64,000 bases of DNA from an uncultured Streptobacillus sp. (GCA_963526495.1 CAURNT010000001.1:4398-68397); one strand, 5' to 3'; counted from the first letter of the stretch, positions 1 through 9,425 are shown. The notes: generated by a model not told the origin, from the letters alone. Translations and numbers: made by a program.

Positions 1-24
1 AGAATTAAAAAATACAAAATAAGC

Positions 25-50
25 AAAAATCCGTATAAAAACTTATACGG
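25..50 (-). terminator. Intrinsic terminator 3' of mscL (symmetrical, could act in both directions)
   Basis: Perfect 8-bp stem ccgtataa (31-38) / ttatacgg (43-50) with a 4-nt loop. The A-run at 25-29 gives a U-run on the minus transcript, and a T-run at 52-57 serves the plus side. Confidence 0.6.
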
Positions 51-58
51 ATTTTTTA

Positions 59-454
59 TTATTTTTTCAATGAATCTCTAATTTCAATTAATAATTCTTC
101 TGTTTTAGTTAATTTAGGTTCTGCTGCAACTTCAGCTGCTTTTTCTTCTTTCTTTAATTTAAGCATAATTTTTAAAACAATAAATAACACAAATGCTATA
201 ATTAAGAAATCAACTATATTTTGAATAAAAATACCATAATTTAATGTAAGAGCATCTGCATCTCCTTCTGCTGGTTTTAAAACTAAACTTAAAGTTTTGA
301 AATTAATTTTACCTAATATTAAACCAATTATTGGCATTATAATATCATTAACAAGAGAAGTAACTATTTTACCAAATGCAGCCCCTATAATTACCCCTAT
401 AGCTAAATCAACAACATTTCCTTTTGAAATAAATTCTTTAAATTCTTTTAACAT
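59..454 (-). CDS. mscL: Large-conductance mechanosensitive channel MscL
   Basis: [44 protein letters not shown] matches the conserved MscL N-terminus/TM1. I prefer the ATG at 454 (GGAGG 5 nt upstream) over the ORF-track ATG at 466, which has no SD. Confidence 0.9.
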   Translation of the reverse strand: MLKEFKEFISKGNVVDLAIGVIIGAAFGKIVTSLVNDIIMPIIGLILGKINFKTLSLVLKPAEGDADALTLNYGIFIQNIVDFLIIAFVLFIVLKIMLKLKKEEKAAEVAAEPKLTKTEELLIEIRDSLKK

Positions 455-484
455 ATTTTCCTCCATTTTTTAATATATACGCAT

Positions 485-513
485 ATTATATTAGACCTAA
501 AACATATTGTCAA
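485..513 (-). promoter_or_regulatory. Sigma70-type promoter of mscL
   Basis: On the minus strand: TTGACA (513-508), 17 nt spacer, TATAAT (490-485). Both hexamers are consensus. Confidence 0.6.
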
Positions 514-864
514 TGTATTTAATATTACAAATATAAAATTTTTGTTGCTCTCAATTTTGGTATACATAAGAATTTATTTTTAGAAAAAATAGGTACATCT
601 ACTTTTAACTTTTTCTGAAATTTTTGAGAACATACTGAATACCATTTTTTATTTTTATAGACAACTATTTAGTCGTTGCAAAAAGTGGAAACAATCTGTT
701 TATACTTTTAGTTATTTGTACTCCTACATTCCAAAACTGATTTTATCATTTTTTTCACTACACGCTTACCCGTTTTTCAAAAAAAATACATTTTTAAATC
801 ATATTTTAGAATAAAAAAATTGAAAAAAATTAACTTGAAAAGATTATTAAAAATAATTTTAAAT

Positions 865-890
865 AAAAAAGAACAGATTAATTACTGTTC
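865..890 (-). terminator. Intrinsic terminator of the small-peptide unit
   Basis: Stem gaacag (871-876) / ctgttc (885-890), extendable by A:T pairs, with an 8-nt loop. The A-run at 865-870 gives a U-run on the minus transcript. It lies 13 nt after the stop at 903. Confidence 0.5.
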
Positions 891-902
891 TTTTAAATAA
901 TA

Positions 903-1049
903 TTAATTGATTCTACGTGATAATAGACCAACACATAATCCATAAATTATAATAAATCCATATTTTACAAAATGATTTTCAATATCAAAATAGCTTACTA
1001 TAAATCCCATAATAAGAAATGATAAAAATATAAAAATAGTTTTTTTCAT
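903..1049 (-). CDS. Small hydrophobic protein, 48 aa (below ORF-track threshold)
   Basis: ATG at 1049-1047 and TAA at 905-903. Product MKKTIFIFLSFLIMGFIVSYFDIENHFVKYGFIIIYGLCVGLLSRRIN has two hydrophobic segments. SD GAGGAGGA ends 6 nt upstream. The ORF has its own promoter and terminator. Confidence 0.5.
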   Translation of the reverse strand: MKKTIFIFLSFLIMGFIVSYFDIENHFVKYGFIIIYGLCVGLLSRRIN

Positions 1050-1102
1050 AATATATCCTCCTCTTTTTTAATAAACTTTTTTATGAATAATATTTTTTTC
1101 AT
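1046..1102 (-). CDS. Candidate 18-aa upstream peptide, stop/start-coupled (ATGA) to the 48-aa ORF
   Basis: ATG at 1102-1100 with GGAG 8 nt upstream. Product MKKILFIKKFIKKEEDIL. Its TGA (1048-1046) overlaps the downstream ATG (1049-1047). Confidence 0.3.
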   Translation of the reverse strand: MKKILFIKKFIKKEEDIL

Positions 1103-1147
1103 AGAAATTACTCCAGTTATCAATTTGTTAAAATAGCTATTTAAAAA

Positions 1148-1175
1148 ATTATAACATAATTCCAATAAAAGTCAA
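1148..1175 (-). promoter_or_regulatory. Promoter of the small-peptide unit
   Basis: Minus strand: TTGACT (1175-1170), 16 nt spacer, TGtTATAAT extended -10 (TATAAT at 1153-1148). Confidence 0.55.
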
Positions 1176-1290
1176 TATAACATTATATATATTTTATAGA
1201 TAGATTTTAAATATAAATTCAAATTTTATAAATTTAAAATTAGTTATAAAAACTAAAACAAATAAAAAAATGGAAACAATTAAGTCCCGT

Positions 1291-1500
1291 TTATTCTTCT
1301 AAATAATTCATTATTAAATTAGCAATTAACTTATTTTTAGTTATTCCTTGCTCTTGTGCTTTTTGTTCTATTTGTATCCATTTTTCAGATGGTAGTGATA
1401 CCGATTTTGAAATATATTTTATTTTTTCATCAACTTTCTTTCTTCCTACTTTCCAAGTTGGACTTTTACACCTCTTGATTTTATATCCACCTTTATTCAC
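1291..1500 (-). CDS. Small basic protein with a C-terminal ribbon-helix-helix-like (CopG/Arc-type) segment
   Basis: 69-aa ORF with a lysine/arginine-rich N-terminus. The segment VSLPSEKWIQIEQKAQEQGITKNKLIANLIMNYLEE fits a strand-helix-helix pattern. The only in-frame start is GTG at 1500, with a poorly spaced SD, and a stop codon lies 3 codons upstream. Confidence 0.4.
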   Translation of the reverse strand: MNKGGYKIKRCKSPTWKVGRKKVDEKIKYISKSVSLPSEKWIQIEQKAQEQGITKNKLIANLIMNYLEE

Positions 1501-1530
1501 CTTTCTTTAAGGTCATCATCATCTAACTGT

Positions 1531-1560
1531 ATTATACTACTTCTGCATCTATAATGTAAA
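1531..1560 (-). promoter_or_regulatory. Candidate promoter upstream of the RHH-like ORF
   Basis: Minus strand: TTTACA (1560-1555), 18 nt spacer, TATAAT (1536-1531). Confidence 0.4.
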
Positions 1561-1677
1561 GGAAGATACAAGCCAATTCTAAAGTTTCAAAATTTTTAAA
1601 TTTAGTTTATTTAAAAATTAAAGAATAAAATCTTCAATTATAAATATATTTAAAGATTTCTATTCTTTTAGATTCTA

Positions 1678-1706
1678 TTGAATATATTTAAAAAGTATGA
1701 TAAAAT
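1678..1706 (+). promoter_or_regulatory. Candidate lepA promoter
   Basis: TTGAAT (1678-1683), 17 nt spacer, TGaTAAAAT (TAAAAT at 1701-1706). It lies 30 nt upstream of the lepA ATG; the SD is GAGGAG. Confidence 0.45.
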
Positions 1707-1735
1707 CTAAGTAAAACAAAATAACGAGGAGTAAA

Positions 1736-3535
1736 ATGATAGATAAAAAATTTAAAAGAAATTTTTCAATAATTGCTCATATAGATCATGGTAAATCTAC
1801 CATTGCTGATAGATTACTTGAAATGACTGGTACTGTTAGTCAAAGAGAAATGAAAGAGCAATTATTAGATAGTATGGACCTTGAACGTGAAAAAGGAATA
1901 ACTATAAAAGCACAAGCTGTAACTTTAAATTATAAAGCAAAAGATGGAAATATATACGAATTAAATCTTATTGATACACCTGGTCACGTTGATTTTATAT
2001 ACGAAGTTTCAAGATCTCTTGCTGCATGTGATGGTGCTTTGCTTGTAGTTGATGCAGCACAAGGAATTGAAGCCCAAACTCTTGCTAATGTATATTTAGC
2101 ACTTGAAAATGATTTAGAAATTTTGCCAGTTATCAATAAAATAGACCTCCCTTCTGCAGATCCAGATAGAGTTATGCTTGAAATTGAGGATGTAATAGGA
2201 TTACCTACTGATAATTCTGTTCTTGTTTCTGGTAAAACTGGAATTGGAATAGATGAATTACTTGAAGGTATAGTTAATCATCTTCCAGAACCGGATGGTA
2301 AAGATAACGCTCCATTAAAAGCTCTTATATTTGATTCTCATTATGATGATTTTAGAGGAGTTATTACATATATACGTATAATTGATGGTTCTATTAAAAA
2401 AGGTGATAAAATCAAAATAATGTCAACAGGTAAAGAATTTGAAGTTTTAGAATTAGGAATATTCTCACCTAAAATGAAAGAAAAAAATGAATTAAATACA
2501 GGTTCAGTTGGATATATTATTACTGGTATTAAATCAATAAAAGATACACAAGTTGGAGATACAATAACTCATGTTAAAAATCCTACAGAATTTCCACTTT
2601 CAGGTTATAGACCAGCATTAAGTATGGTATTTGCAGGTATTTATCCAATATCTACTGATGATTACGAAGATTTAAGAGAAGCTTTAGAAAAACTGCAATT
2701 AAATGATGCTTCACTTAGTTATACACCAGAAACTTCACTTGCCTTAGGATTTGGTTTCCGTTGTGGTTTCTTAGGACTATTACATATGGAGATTATTGTA
2801 GAAAGATTAAGACGTGAATTTGGAATTGATTTAATCTCTACTGCTCCATCTGTTGAATATCACGTTACAGTCGAAGGTACTTCTAATATGCTTATAATAG
2901 ACAACCCAGCAGAATTTCCTGAAGGTAGAAAACATATAGAAGAACCATTTATTAAAGGAACAATTATTGTACCTAAAGATTATGTAGGAAATGTAATGGA
3001 ACTTTGTCAAGAAAAACGTGGAACTTTTGTAAATATGAGTTTCGTTGATGAAAATAGATCGATGATAATATATGATTTACCTCTTGCTGAAGTTGTTATA
3101 GATTTTTACGATAAACTTAAATCAAGAACTAAAGGTTATGCTTCATTCGAATATGAAATGATAGGATTTAGAGAATCTAATCTTGTTAAAATAGATATTC
3201 TTGTAAGTGGACAAGCAGTAGATGCATTCTCATTTATAGCACATAATGATAATGCTTATTATAGAGGAAGATCTATAGTTGAGAAATTAAAAGAAGTTAT
3301 TCCAAGACAACAATTTGAAATTCCTATACAAGCAGCACTTGGAACTAAAGTAATCGCTCGTGAAACAGTTAAAGCATTAAGAAAAAATGTATTAGCTAAA
3401 TGTTACGGTGGAGACATTACTCGTAAGAAAAAATTATTAGAAAAACAAAAAGAAGGTAAAAAGCGTATGAAAGCGATAGGAAATGTTGAAATACCACAAG
3501 AAGCATTCTTATCTGTACTTAAGTTAAATGATTAA
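1736..3535 (+). CDS. lepA: Translation elongation factor 4 (LepA)
   Basis: 599 aa. GTPase motifs [17 protein letters not shown] and NKID, plus the LepA-specific C-terminus ([24 protein letters not shown]). Confidence 0.97.
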   Translation: MIDKKFKRNFSIIAHIDHGKSTIADRLLEMTGTVSQREMKEQLLDSMDLEREKGITIKAQAVTLNYKAKDGNIYELNLIDTPGHVDFIYEVSRSLAACDGALLVVDAAQGIEAQTLANVYLALENDLEILPVINKIDLPSADPDRVMLEIEDVIGLPTDNSVLVSGKTGIGIDELLEGIVNHLPEPDGKDNAPLKALIFDSHYDDFRGVITYIRIIDGSIKKGDKIKIMSTGKEFEVLELGIFSPKMKEKNELNTGSVGYIITGIKSIKDTQVGDTITHVKNPTEFPLSGYRPALSMVFAGIYPISTDDYEDLREALEKLQLNDASLSYTPETSLALGFGFRCGFLGLLHMEIIVERLRREFGIDLISTAPSVEYHVTVEGTSNMLIIDNPAEFPEGRKHIEEPFIKGTIIVPKDYVGNVMELCQEKRGTFVNMSFVDENRSMIIYDLPLAEVVIDFYDKLKSRTKGYASFEYEMIGFRESNLVKIDILVSGQAVDAFSFIAHNDNAYYRGRSIVEKLKEVIPRQQFEIPIQAALGTKVIARETVKALRKNVLAKCYGGDITRKKKLLEKQKEGKKRMKAIGNVEIPQEAFLSVLKLND

Positions 3536-3538
3536 ATT

Positions 3539-3567
3539 TTGACTATAATTTTTTAATATGATATAAT
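3539..3567 (+). promoter_or_regulatory. Promoter of the yebC-family gene
   Basis: TTGACT (3539-3544), 17 nt spacer, TGaTATAAT (TATAAT at 3562-3567). Confidence 0.55.
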
Positions 3568-3596
3568 TTATAAGAAATAAAAAAATTGGAGGAAAT

Positions 3597-4316
3597 ATGG
3601 GAAGACATGGTACTATAGCAGGTCGTAAAGAAGCACAAGATAAAAAAAGAGGAGCAGCTTTTACTAAATATGTTAGATTAATTACTGTTGCTGCTAGAAA
3701 TGGTGCAGACCCTGAATATAACGTTGCATTAAAACATGCTATTGAAAAAGCTAAGGCAATAAATATGCCTAATGACAATATTACAAGAGCTATTAAAAAA
3801 GGTTCTGGAGCAGATGGTTCTGCTTCATTTGATTCATTAAATTATGAAGGATATGGACCAGGTGGTGTTGCAGTAGTTGTTGAATCACTTACTGATAATA
3901 GAAACAGAACTGCTTCAGCTGTAAAATCAACTTTTGATAAAAACGGAGGTAATTTAGGAGTTACTGGATGTGTTTCATATATGTTTGATAGAAAAGGTGT
4001 AATCATTATAGAAAAAACTGATAAAACTGATGAAGATAAAATAATGGAAATTGCTCTTGAAGCAGGTATGGAAGATATGGAAAGTTTAGATGATAGTTTC
4101 TATATCACTACTCCAACAGATACTTTTGATGCAGTGTCTGATGCTTTAAGAAAAAATGGTTATGAATTACTAGAATCAGATATCGAATATGTACCATCAA
4201 TTGAAGTTGAAACTTTATCTGATGAAGATTTAGAAAAATTAAGAAAATTAATAGATATTCTTGAAGATAATGATGATGTTCAAAAAGTATATCACAATTA
4301 CGCTGGAGAATTATAA
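3597..4316 (+). CDS. YebC/PmpR (TACO1) family DNA-binding/translation-associated protein
   Basis: 239 aa. GHSKW-type N-terminus variant MGRHGTIAGRKEAQDKKRGAAFTKY and the NMPNDNITRAIKKG motif typical of the family. GGAGG SD. Confidence 0.92.
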   Translation: MGRHGTIAGRKEAQDKKRGAAFTKYVRLITVAARNGADPEYNVALKHAIEKAKAINMPNDNITRAIKKGSGADGSASFDSLNYEGYGPGGVAVVVESLTDNRNRTASAVKSTFDKNGGNLGVTGCVSYMFDRKGVIIIEKTDKTDEDKIMEIALEAGMEDMESLDDSFYITTPTDTFDAVSDALRKNGYELLESDIEYVPSIEVETLSDEDLEKLRKLIDILEDNDDVQKVYHNYAGEL

Positions 4317-4332
4317 TAAATATAATAAAAAT

Positions 4333-4378
4333 AAAAAGAAGAACAAATAATCTAAAATAGATAATGTTCTTCTTTTTT
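4333..4378. terminator. Bidirectional intrinsic terminator between convergent yebC-family gene and scrK
   Basis: 9-bp stem agaagaaca (4337-4345) / tgttcttct (4365-4373), flanked by an A-run (4333-4336) and a T-run (4374-4378). Confidence 0.6.
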
Positions 4379-4422
4379 GTTATACATAATAACAATATTT
4401 TACTAAAATATTTATTTAATTA

Positions 4423-5373
4423 TTAAATTTCATTGAAAATTTCTTTATATTTTTCTTCATCTACATAACTAGATATAGCACCTATATTAGTTGTTGATAA
4501 AGAAGCATAATTAGTTGCAAATCTTGATATATTTTCTAAATTAATTATACTTAATTTTTTCTTATCTTCTTCTGTTTTAAGTAATTTTGAAATGTATGCC
4601 CCAACAAAAGCATCACCTGCTCCTGTTGTATCTATAACTTTAACATTCGGTATAGTGTTTAAAACCTTAAAACCATTATGATATACTTCTGAGCCATTTT
4701 CACCTTTAGTGTATAAAACATGTGATATATGTTTAAATTTATCTTCTAAAGCTTTTTCTATATTATTTGTTCCTGTAACAAATTCTAATTCATTATCAGA
4801 TATTTTTAATATATCTACATAAGGTAAAAACTCTTGTATAGTATTATAATATTCATTCATATCTTCCCAAAGATTAAATCTTAAATTAACATCAAAACTA
4901 ATTAATATACCTTTTTCTTTAGCTCTTTCTATTAAAAATTTATGTGATTCTTTAGACTCATCTTGAATTGCAATACTTGCAAAATGAATAACCTCTATTT
5001 CATCTAAATTAACTTTTTCAACTTGTTTTCTTGAAATTTTTAATGCTGATGAGCCTTTAAAATAAAAACTAAATGATCTATCTCCTTTTTCATCTCTAGA
5101 AACAAATGCTAACGGCGTAAATAAATCATCTTTTTTCACTAAATAATCACAGCTTACATTTTGAGATTTTAGTGTATCTTCTAAAAATTTACCAAAACCA
5201 TCATTTCCAAGAGCAGTCAATAAATAACTTTTATGTCCAAGTTTTGAAGCAACACATGCAACATTGGCAACACAGCCACCTGCTTCTTTTTTAAAACTAT
5301 CTATTTTATCTATACTACCTATGCCTTCTCCTATAAAATCTATCAGCATTTCACCTATACATAAAACTGCCAT
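4423..5373 (-). CDS. scrK: Fructokinase (PfkB/ribokinase family)
   Basis: 316 aa. N-terminal LCIGEMLIDF and C-terminal DTTGAGDAFVGA PfkB signatures. It follows the sucrose-6-P hydrolase gene directly (stop and start are adjacent). Confidence 0.85.
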   Translation of the reverse strand: MAVLCIGEMLIDFIGEGIGSIDKIDSFKKEAGGCVANVACVASKLGHKSYLLTALGNDGFGKFLEDTLKSQNVSCDYLVKKDDLFTPLAFVSRDEKGDRSFSFYFKGSSALKISRKQVEKVNLDEIEVIHFASIAIQDESKESHKFLIERAKEKGILISFDVNLRFNLWEDMNEYYNTIQEFLPYVDILKISDNELEFVTGTNNIEKALEDKFKHISHVLYTKGENGSEVYHNGFKVLNTIPNVKVIDTTGAGDAFVGAYISKLLKTEEDKKKLSIINLENISRFATNYASLSTTNIGAISSYVDEEKYKEIFNEI

Positions 5374-6669
5374 TTATTTCACCTCTATTCCTTTCAAACT
5401 TTTTGCAATATATTTTTTAGAATTAATTTTTACTTTATGATTTTTAGGATAAAATCTTGAACTAAATACAAATTCTCCATCATTTGCAAATATTTCAAAT
5501 GAAGAATTATCAAATACTATTTCTATATTTTGCATATCTATTTCAAATTTTCTATTCCCTCTTCCATAACCTGTATCATTTAAATTAATTTCTAATATCT
5601 TATTATCGTATAATATATCTAATGAGTCAATAGAAATTTTAAAACTTTGACTTAAATTTTGTTTAAAATACCATTTTCTCTCTTCAAAAGCATCACTTAA
5701 ATCATTATTAAATAAGGTATATATACTTTTATGTATATTTTGTAATAATTTGTTATTTTTAATTTTTAAGACTCTAGGTATACTTAAACAGTTTTGATAC
5801 CCAAATTCTACAGTAGGATTTATATAAGGACTATCTGGAATATACATCCAAGCTATTAATACTCTATTTCCATCTTCATCAATAAAAGTTTGAGGAGCAT
5901 AAAAGTCAAAACCATAATCTAATAAATTGAAATTATCAATAACTTCTACTTTCTCTATTTCTTCATTTATTATTGAATAACCTACTTCATACGTATTTTT
6001 ATATTCCAAATACATATTTTTAATTCCTTGTGGAGAAAATATTAATATCTCTTTATTATCTAACATAAAGTAATCTGGGCACTCCCACATATATCCTAAA
6101 TATTTAGTATAATACAGTGTTTTAAAATATTCTAAATTTCTATAAACTAAAAGACAACCGTTATCTTTTAAATCTCTAGCACCTAAAACTAAATATTCAA
6201 TATTATCTTTACTATACATCTTAGGATCCCTTACATGTTTAGACATATTAGGATACGCATCATTATCAAATATCAATTCTTTTTTACTAAAATTCTTCCC
6301 ATCACTACTTTTTACTTTAATAGTATTATGTTCTCTTCCTTCAGTTATATAGTCATACTTTTTATCAAGATATTTAACATTACCTGTATAGTAATATACA
6401 ATTTCATCATTTTTTACATAAGCACTTCCTGAATATACTCCAGATTTATCATATAAAGAATTAGGAGTTAATACAACCCCTAAATCCTCATAATTTATTA
6501 AATCCTTACTTTTATATCCATACCATAATTTTTCTCCACCATTTGGATTATATGAATATTGATGATAGATATAATAAAATCCATTAAAATAAACTAAACC
6601 ATTAGGATCATTTAACCAACCTTCTTTTGGTTCTATATGTAAACTTTGCTTCCAAATATTATTCTTCAT
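5374..6669 (-). CDS. scrB: Sucrose-6-phosphate hydrolase (GH32)
   Basis: 431 aa. WLNDPNGLVYFNGFYYIYHQY (GH32 catalytic Asp block), RDPK and ECPD motifs. Confidence 0.88.
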   Translation of the reverse strand: MKNNIWKQSLHIEPKEGWLNDPNGLVYFNGFYYIYHQYSYNPNGGEKLWYGYKSKDLINYEDLGVVLTPNSLYDKSGVYSGSAYVKNDEIVYYYTGNVKYLDKKYDYITEGREHNTIKVKSSDGKNFSKKELIFDNDAYPNMSKHVRDPKMYSKDNIEYLVLGARDLKDNGCLLVYRNLEYFKTLYYTKYLGYMWECPDYFMLDNKEILIFSPQGIKNMYLEYKNTYEVGYSIINEEIEKVEVIDNFNLLDYGFDFYAPQTFIDEDGNRVLIAWMYIPDSPYINPTVEFGYQNCLSIPRVLKIKNNKLLQNIHKSIYTLFNNDLSDAFEERKWYFKQNLSQSFKISIDSLDILYDNKILEINLNDTGYGRGNRKFEIDMQNIEIVFDNSSFEIFANDGEFVFSSRFYPKNHKVKINSKKYIAKSLKGIEVK

Positions 6670-8080
6670 TATCTACATCTCTCGTTTTATAAAAATAAGC
6701 TGTAACTGCAAATGATATAACTATCGATAAAAGTAATCCTATACCAAATGATAACCAGTTTTGATAAGGAATAGATAAAAATCCAGGTAATCCTGCAGCA
6801 CCTAATGCAGTGGCTAGTACGTGATTTAACCCAAGCCAAGCACTTGATATTGCACTTCCGATTAAAGCAGCATAGAATGGATATTTTAATCTTAAGTTAA
6901 CTCCAAACATTGCAGGTTCAGTAATTCCAAGTAAAGCAGAAATTCCTGAAGCTGAAGCAAGTGATTTTAATTTAGAGTTTTTACTAAATACCATAACTGC
7001 TAAAACTGCTCCACCTTGTGCTGCGTTTGACATTGAAGCTATTGGGAATATAAATGAACCACCAGTTTTTGCAACATCTGCAAGTAAACTTGTTTCTACT
7101 GCAATAAATGAATGATGCATTCCTGTAATTACTATAGGTGCATAAAGTCCTCCAAAAATTCCTGCACCAACAAATCCAAGTGAACTATATAACCAACTTA
7201 ATCCAAATGTTAAATAGTTTCCTACTTCACGTAATATAGGGCCTGTTAATGCAAAAGTAATAAATGAAGTAATAAAAATTGATAATAAAGGTGTAGTTAA
7301 ATTATCTAAGTAAATAGGTGTTACACGTCTTAAATATTTTTCTATGTTAGCTAATACATAACTCATAACTACTATTGGTAATACAGTACCTTGATAACCA
7401 ACTTTAGCAATTTCTAACCCAAATATATTCCATTTAGGTATATCAACACCCGGTGCTACCAAATAAGCATTCAAAATATCAGGATGCACCATAATCATAC
7501 CTAATACAGCTCCTAAAAATGGATTTCCTCCAAAACGTTTAGTTGCAGAAAATGCAATTAATACAGGTAAAAATACAAATGGTGCATTTGCAAATAAATT
7601 TAACATTCCTGCAAGGTCTGCAAATTTAGGATAAGCTTCTATTAAAGTTTTACCTGCAAAAAATATATCTTTTGCCGTTAATATATTGTTTATTCCCATC
7701 AATAACCCACCTGCAACTATTGCTGGTATTATAGGTACAAATATATCACTTAACATTTTAACAAAACGTTGTGCTATATTTCCTTTAGGTTTCGCTCCAT
7801 TTACATTTTCTTTTTCAACTTTAGAAACATTATCTCCAAAAACTTCATTATAACTTCTAAATACTTGTTGTACTAAACCACTCCCAAATATTATTTGAAG
7901 TTGACCATTAGTAAAGAATACTCCTTTTACTCCCTCTATATCTTCAAGTTTTGATCTATCATATTTAGTTTCATCTTGAAGTTCAATTCTTAAACGAGTT
8001 GCACAATGAGTAATACTTGATATATTTTCTTTTCCACCAGCATTTTCAACAACTGATTTAATTACTTTTTTTAAATCCAT
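6659..8080 (-). CDS. scrA: PTS sucrose-specific EIIBC component
   Basis: 473 aa. EIIB block ITHCATRLRI with the phosphorylatable Cys, followed by a polytopic EIIC. No EIIA domain is present. Confidence 0.9.
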   Translation of the reverse strand: MDLKKVIKSVVENAGGKENISSITHCATRLRIELQDETKYDRSKLEDIEGVKGVFFTNGQLQIIFGSGLVQQVFRSYNEVFGDNVSKVEKENVNGAKPKGNIAQRFVKMLSDIFVPIIPAIVAGGLLMGINNILTAKDIFFAGKTLIEAYPKFADLAGMLNLFANAPFVFLPVLIAFSATKRFGGNPFLGAVLGMIMVHPDILNAYLVAPGVDIPKWNIFGLEIAKVGYQGTVLPIVVMSYVLANIEKYLRRVTPIYLDNLTTPLLSIFITSFITFALTGPILREVGNYLTFGLSWLYSSLGFVGAGIFGGLYAPIVITGMHHSFIAVETSLLADVAKTGGSFIFPIASMSNAAQGGAVLAVMVFSKNSKLKSLASASGISALLGITEPAMFGVNLRLKYPFYAALIGSAISSAWLGLNHVLATALGAAGLPGFLSIPYQNWLSFGIGLLLSIVISFAVTAYFYKTRDVDNEE

Positions 8081-8102
8081 ATTTCCTCCTATTATTTATT
8101 TT

Positions 8103-8114
8103 GGTATCGTTACC
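8103..8114. promoter_or_regulatory. Candidate LacI-family (ScrR) operator
   Basis: GGTATCGTTACC is dyad-symmetric at 10 of 12 positions around a central CG. It sits between the predicted -10 and the scrA SD. Confidence 0.35.
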
Positions 8115-8128
8115 TTTTTTACAATAAT

Positions 8129-8157
8129 AGAATACCTTAAAAATATAAATTAGTCAA
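8129..8157 (-). promoter_or_regulatory. Candidate scrA promoter
   Basis: Minus strand: TTGACT (8157-8152), 17 nt spacer, TATTCT (8134-8129). Confidence 0.4.
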
Positions 8158-8183
8158 TAGTCCAACTTATTTTTTTTATAAAT

Positions 8184-8214
8184 TATGAAAAAAAATGCAA
8201 TTTCTTGCATTTTT
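8184..8214 (-). terminator. Intrinsic terminator 3' of scrR
   Basis: Stem atgcaa (8195-8200) / ttgcat (8205-8210), extended by A:T pairs, with a 4-nt loop and a long U-run on the minus transcript. It overlaps the scrR stop codon. Confidence 0.5.
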
Positions 8215-9214
8215 ATATTTTTTTGTTTTTAATAACACTATTACCCTTTACCATTTTATAAGGAACATATATTTTTGTAGGTACATCATATTCATCATTT
8301 ATCAATCCAAATAATGTGTCTACAGCTTTTTGAGCTGCTACATCTAATTGAAATGAAATCGTTGTCAATGGATATTTAAGTAAATTAGAAAAATCATAAT
8401 TTCCAAAACCAGTTATGGAGAAGTTCTCTCCAATATTTATATTTCTTTCTGATAATGCTTTTATAGCTCCATAGGCTATTCTATCTGTTGCACACATCAA
8501 ACATGTAACATCCTTAAATTTTTCAATATTTTCTTTAACAATTTCATAAGATGTTTGCATAGAAAAATCTGATTTTAATTCAAACTCAAAATTTATATTA
8601 TATTTATTTAAACTATCTATTATTCCTTTTTTCCTATTAACCCCTACAGCAATGTCTGATTCATCAACTCCTATATATGCTATTTTTTTATGATTTTTAT
8701 TAATAATATATTCTGCCATACTCATACCTGCATTATAGTCATCATATTGTACTGAGTATCCTCTATGTATATCTTGTCCTAATACAACAACAGGAACATC
8801 TATAGAATTTATAGTTTTTTCATATTTTGCGTTCATAGTTGTAGGCAGTAAAATTATTCCATCAACGTGCATCCTATCAAGTTTGTTAATATATTCAATT
8901 TGATAATCTAACGAAAAATTAGAATTTAATATAAAAGATTCATAGTTTTTTTCTTTTAATATTTGGTCAATATATCCTAATATCATACCTGTTGTATAAG
9001 AATGTAAAGTTGGTACAATTATTCCTATCATTTTACTATCATTACTTTTAAGTGCTCTTGCAAATGAATTAGGTTTATAATTATATTTTTTAACAATTTT
9101 TTCTATCTTAAGTCTCGTTTCTTCTTTTATTTTACCATTATTAAAATATCTCGAAACAGTTGTTGTTCCAACTCCAGCCATTTTTGCTATATCTACTATT
9201 GTTAACTTTTTCAT
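8213..9214 (-). CDS. scrR: LacI-family transcriptional repressor (sucrose regulon)
   Basis: 333 aa. N-terminal HTH TIVDIAKMAGVGTTTVSRYFNN followed by a periplasmic-binding-protein-like sugar-binding fold. Adjacent to the scr genes. Confidence 0.85.
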   Translation of the reverse strand: MKKLTIVDIAKMAGVGTTTVSRYFNNGKIKEETRLKIEKIVKKYNYKPNSFARALKSNDSKMIGIIVPTLHSYTTGMILGYIDQILKEKNYESFILNSNFSLDYQIEYINKLDRMHVDGIILLPTTMNAKYEKTINSIDVPVVVLGQDIHRGYSVQYDDYNAGMSMAEYIINKNHKKIAYIGVDESDIAVGVNRKKGIIDSLNKYNINFEFELKSDFSMQTSYEIVKENIEKFKDVTCLMCATDRIAYGAIKALSERNINIGENFSITGFGNYDFSNLLKYPLTTISFQLDVAAQKAVDTLFGLINDEYDVPTKIYVPYKMVKGNSVIKNKKI

Positions 9215-9336
9215 CTAAGACCCCCTATATATAAATAACTAAAAACTTTATTCATCATATATTAAGTTTCTCCTTTTTATAAAGTATAACACATTTTTAA
9301 TTAATAACAAAGAAGGAAACATAAAAATTATTTCAT

Positions 9337-9425
9337 AAATTTAAAAGGAACTACACCTTATAAAATCAGATGTAATTCCTTAAATTATTTATTTTAAATT
9401 TTTCCTAGTTTATTGATACATATTC
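9337..9425 (-). repeat. Repeat copy A: terminator-containing 3' module downstream of the OMP operon
   Basis: 9337-9400 matches 18846-18909 at 59/64 positions without gaps, and 9412-9425 matches 18910-18923 at 12/14. Minus-strand RNA hairpin AAGGAAUUACA/UGUAGUUCCUU (9381-9371 / 9355-9345) is followed by UUUAAAUUU. Confidence 0.75.

Noticed and set aside
686-1281. Repeated 10-mer tggaaacaat at about 686 and about 1271, considered as possible IS or cassette ends
   Set aside because: The flanks do not align and there is no transposase remnant. A 10-mer match in AT-rich DNA is compatible with chance.
3524-4395. Minus-strand ORFs 3524-3778 and 4108-4395
   Set aside because: They are antisense to the yebC-family gene and its terminator, have low-complexity hydrophobic composition, and lack start signals.
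9211-9258. 15-aa upstream ORF (MMNKVFSYLYIGGLR) whose TGA overlaps the scrR ATG
   Set aside because: The SD spacing is marginal. ORFs of this length arise by chance in AT-rich leaders, and scrR has its own GGGGG SD. It is not enough to call.
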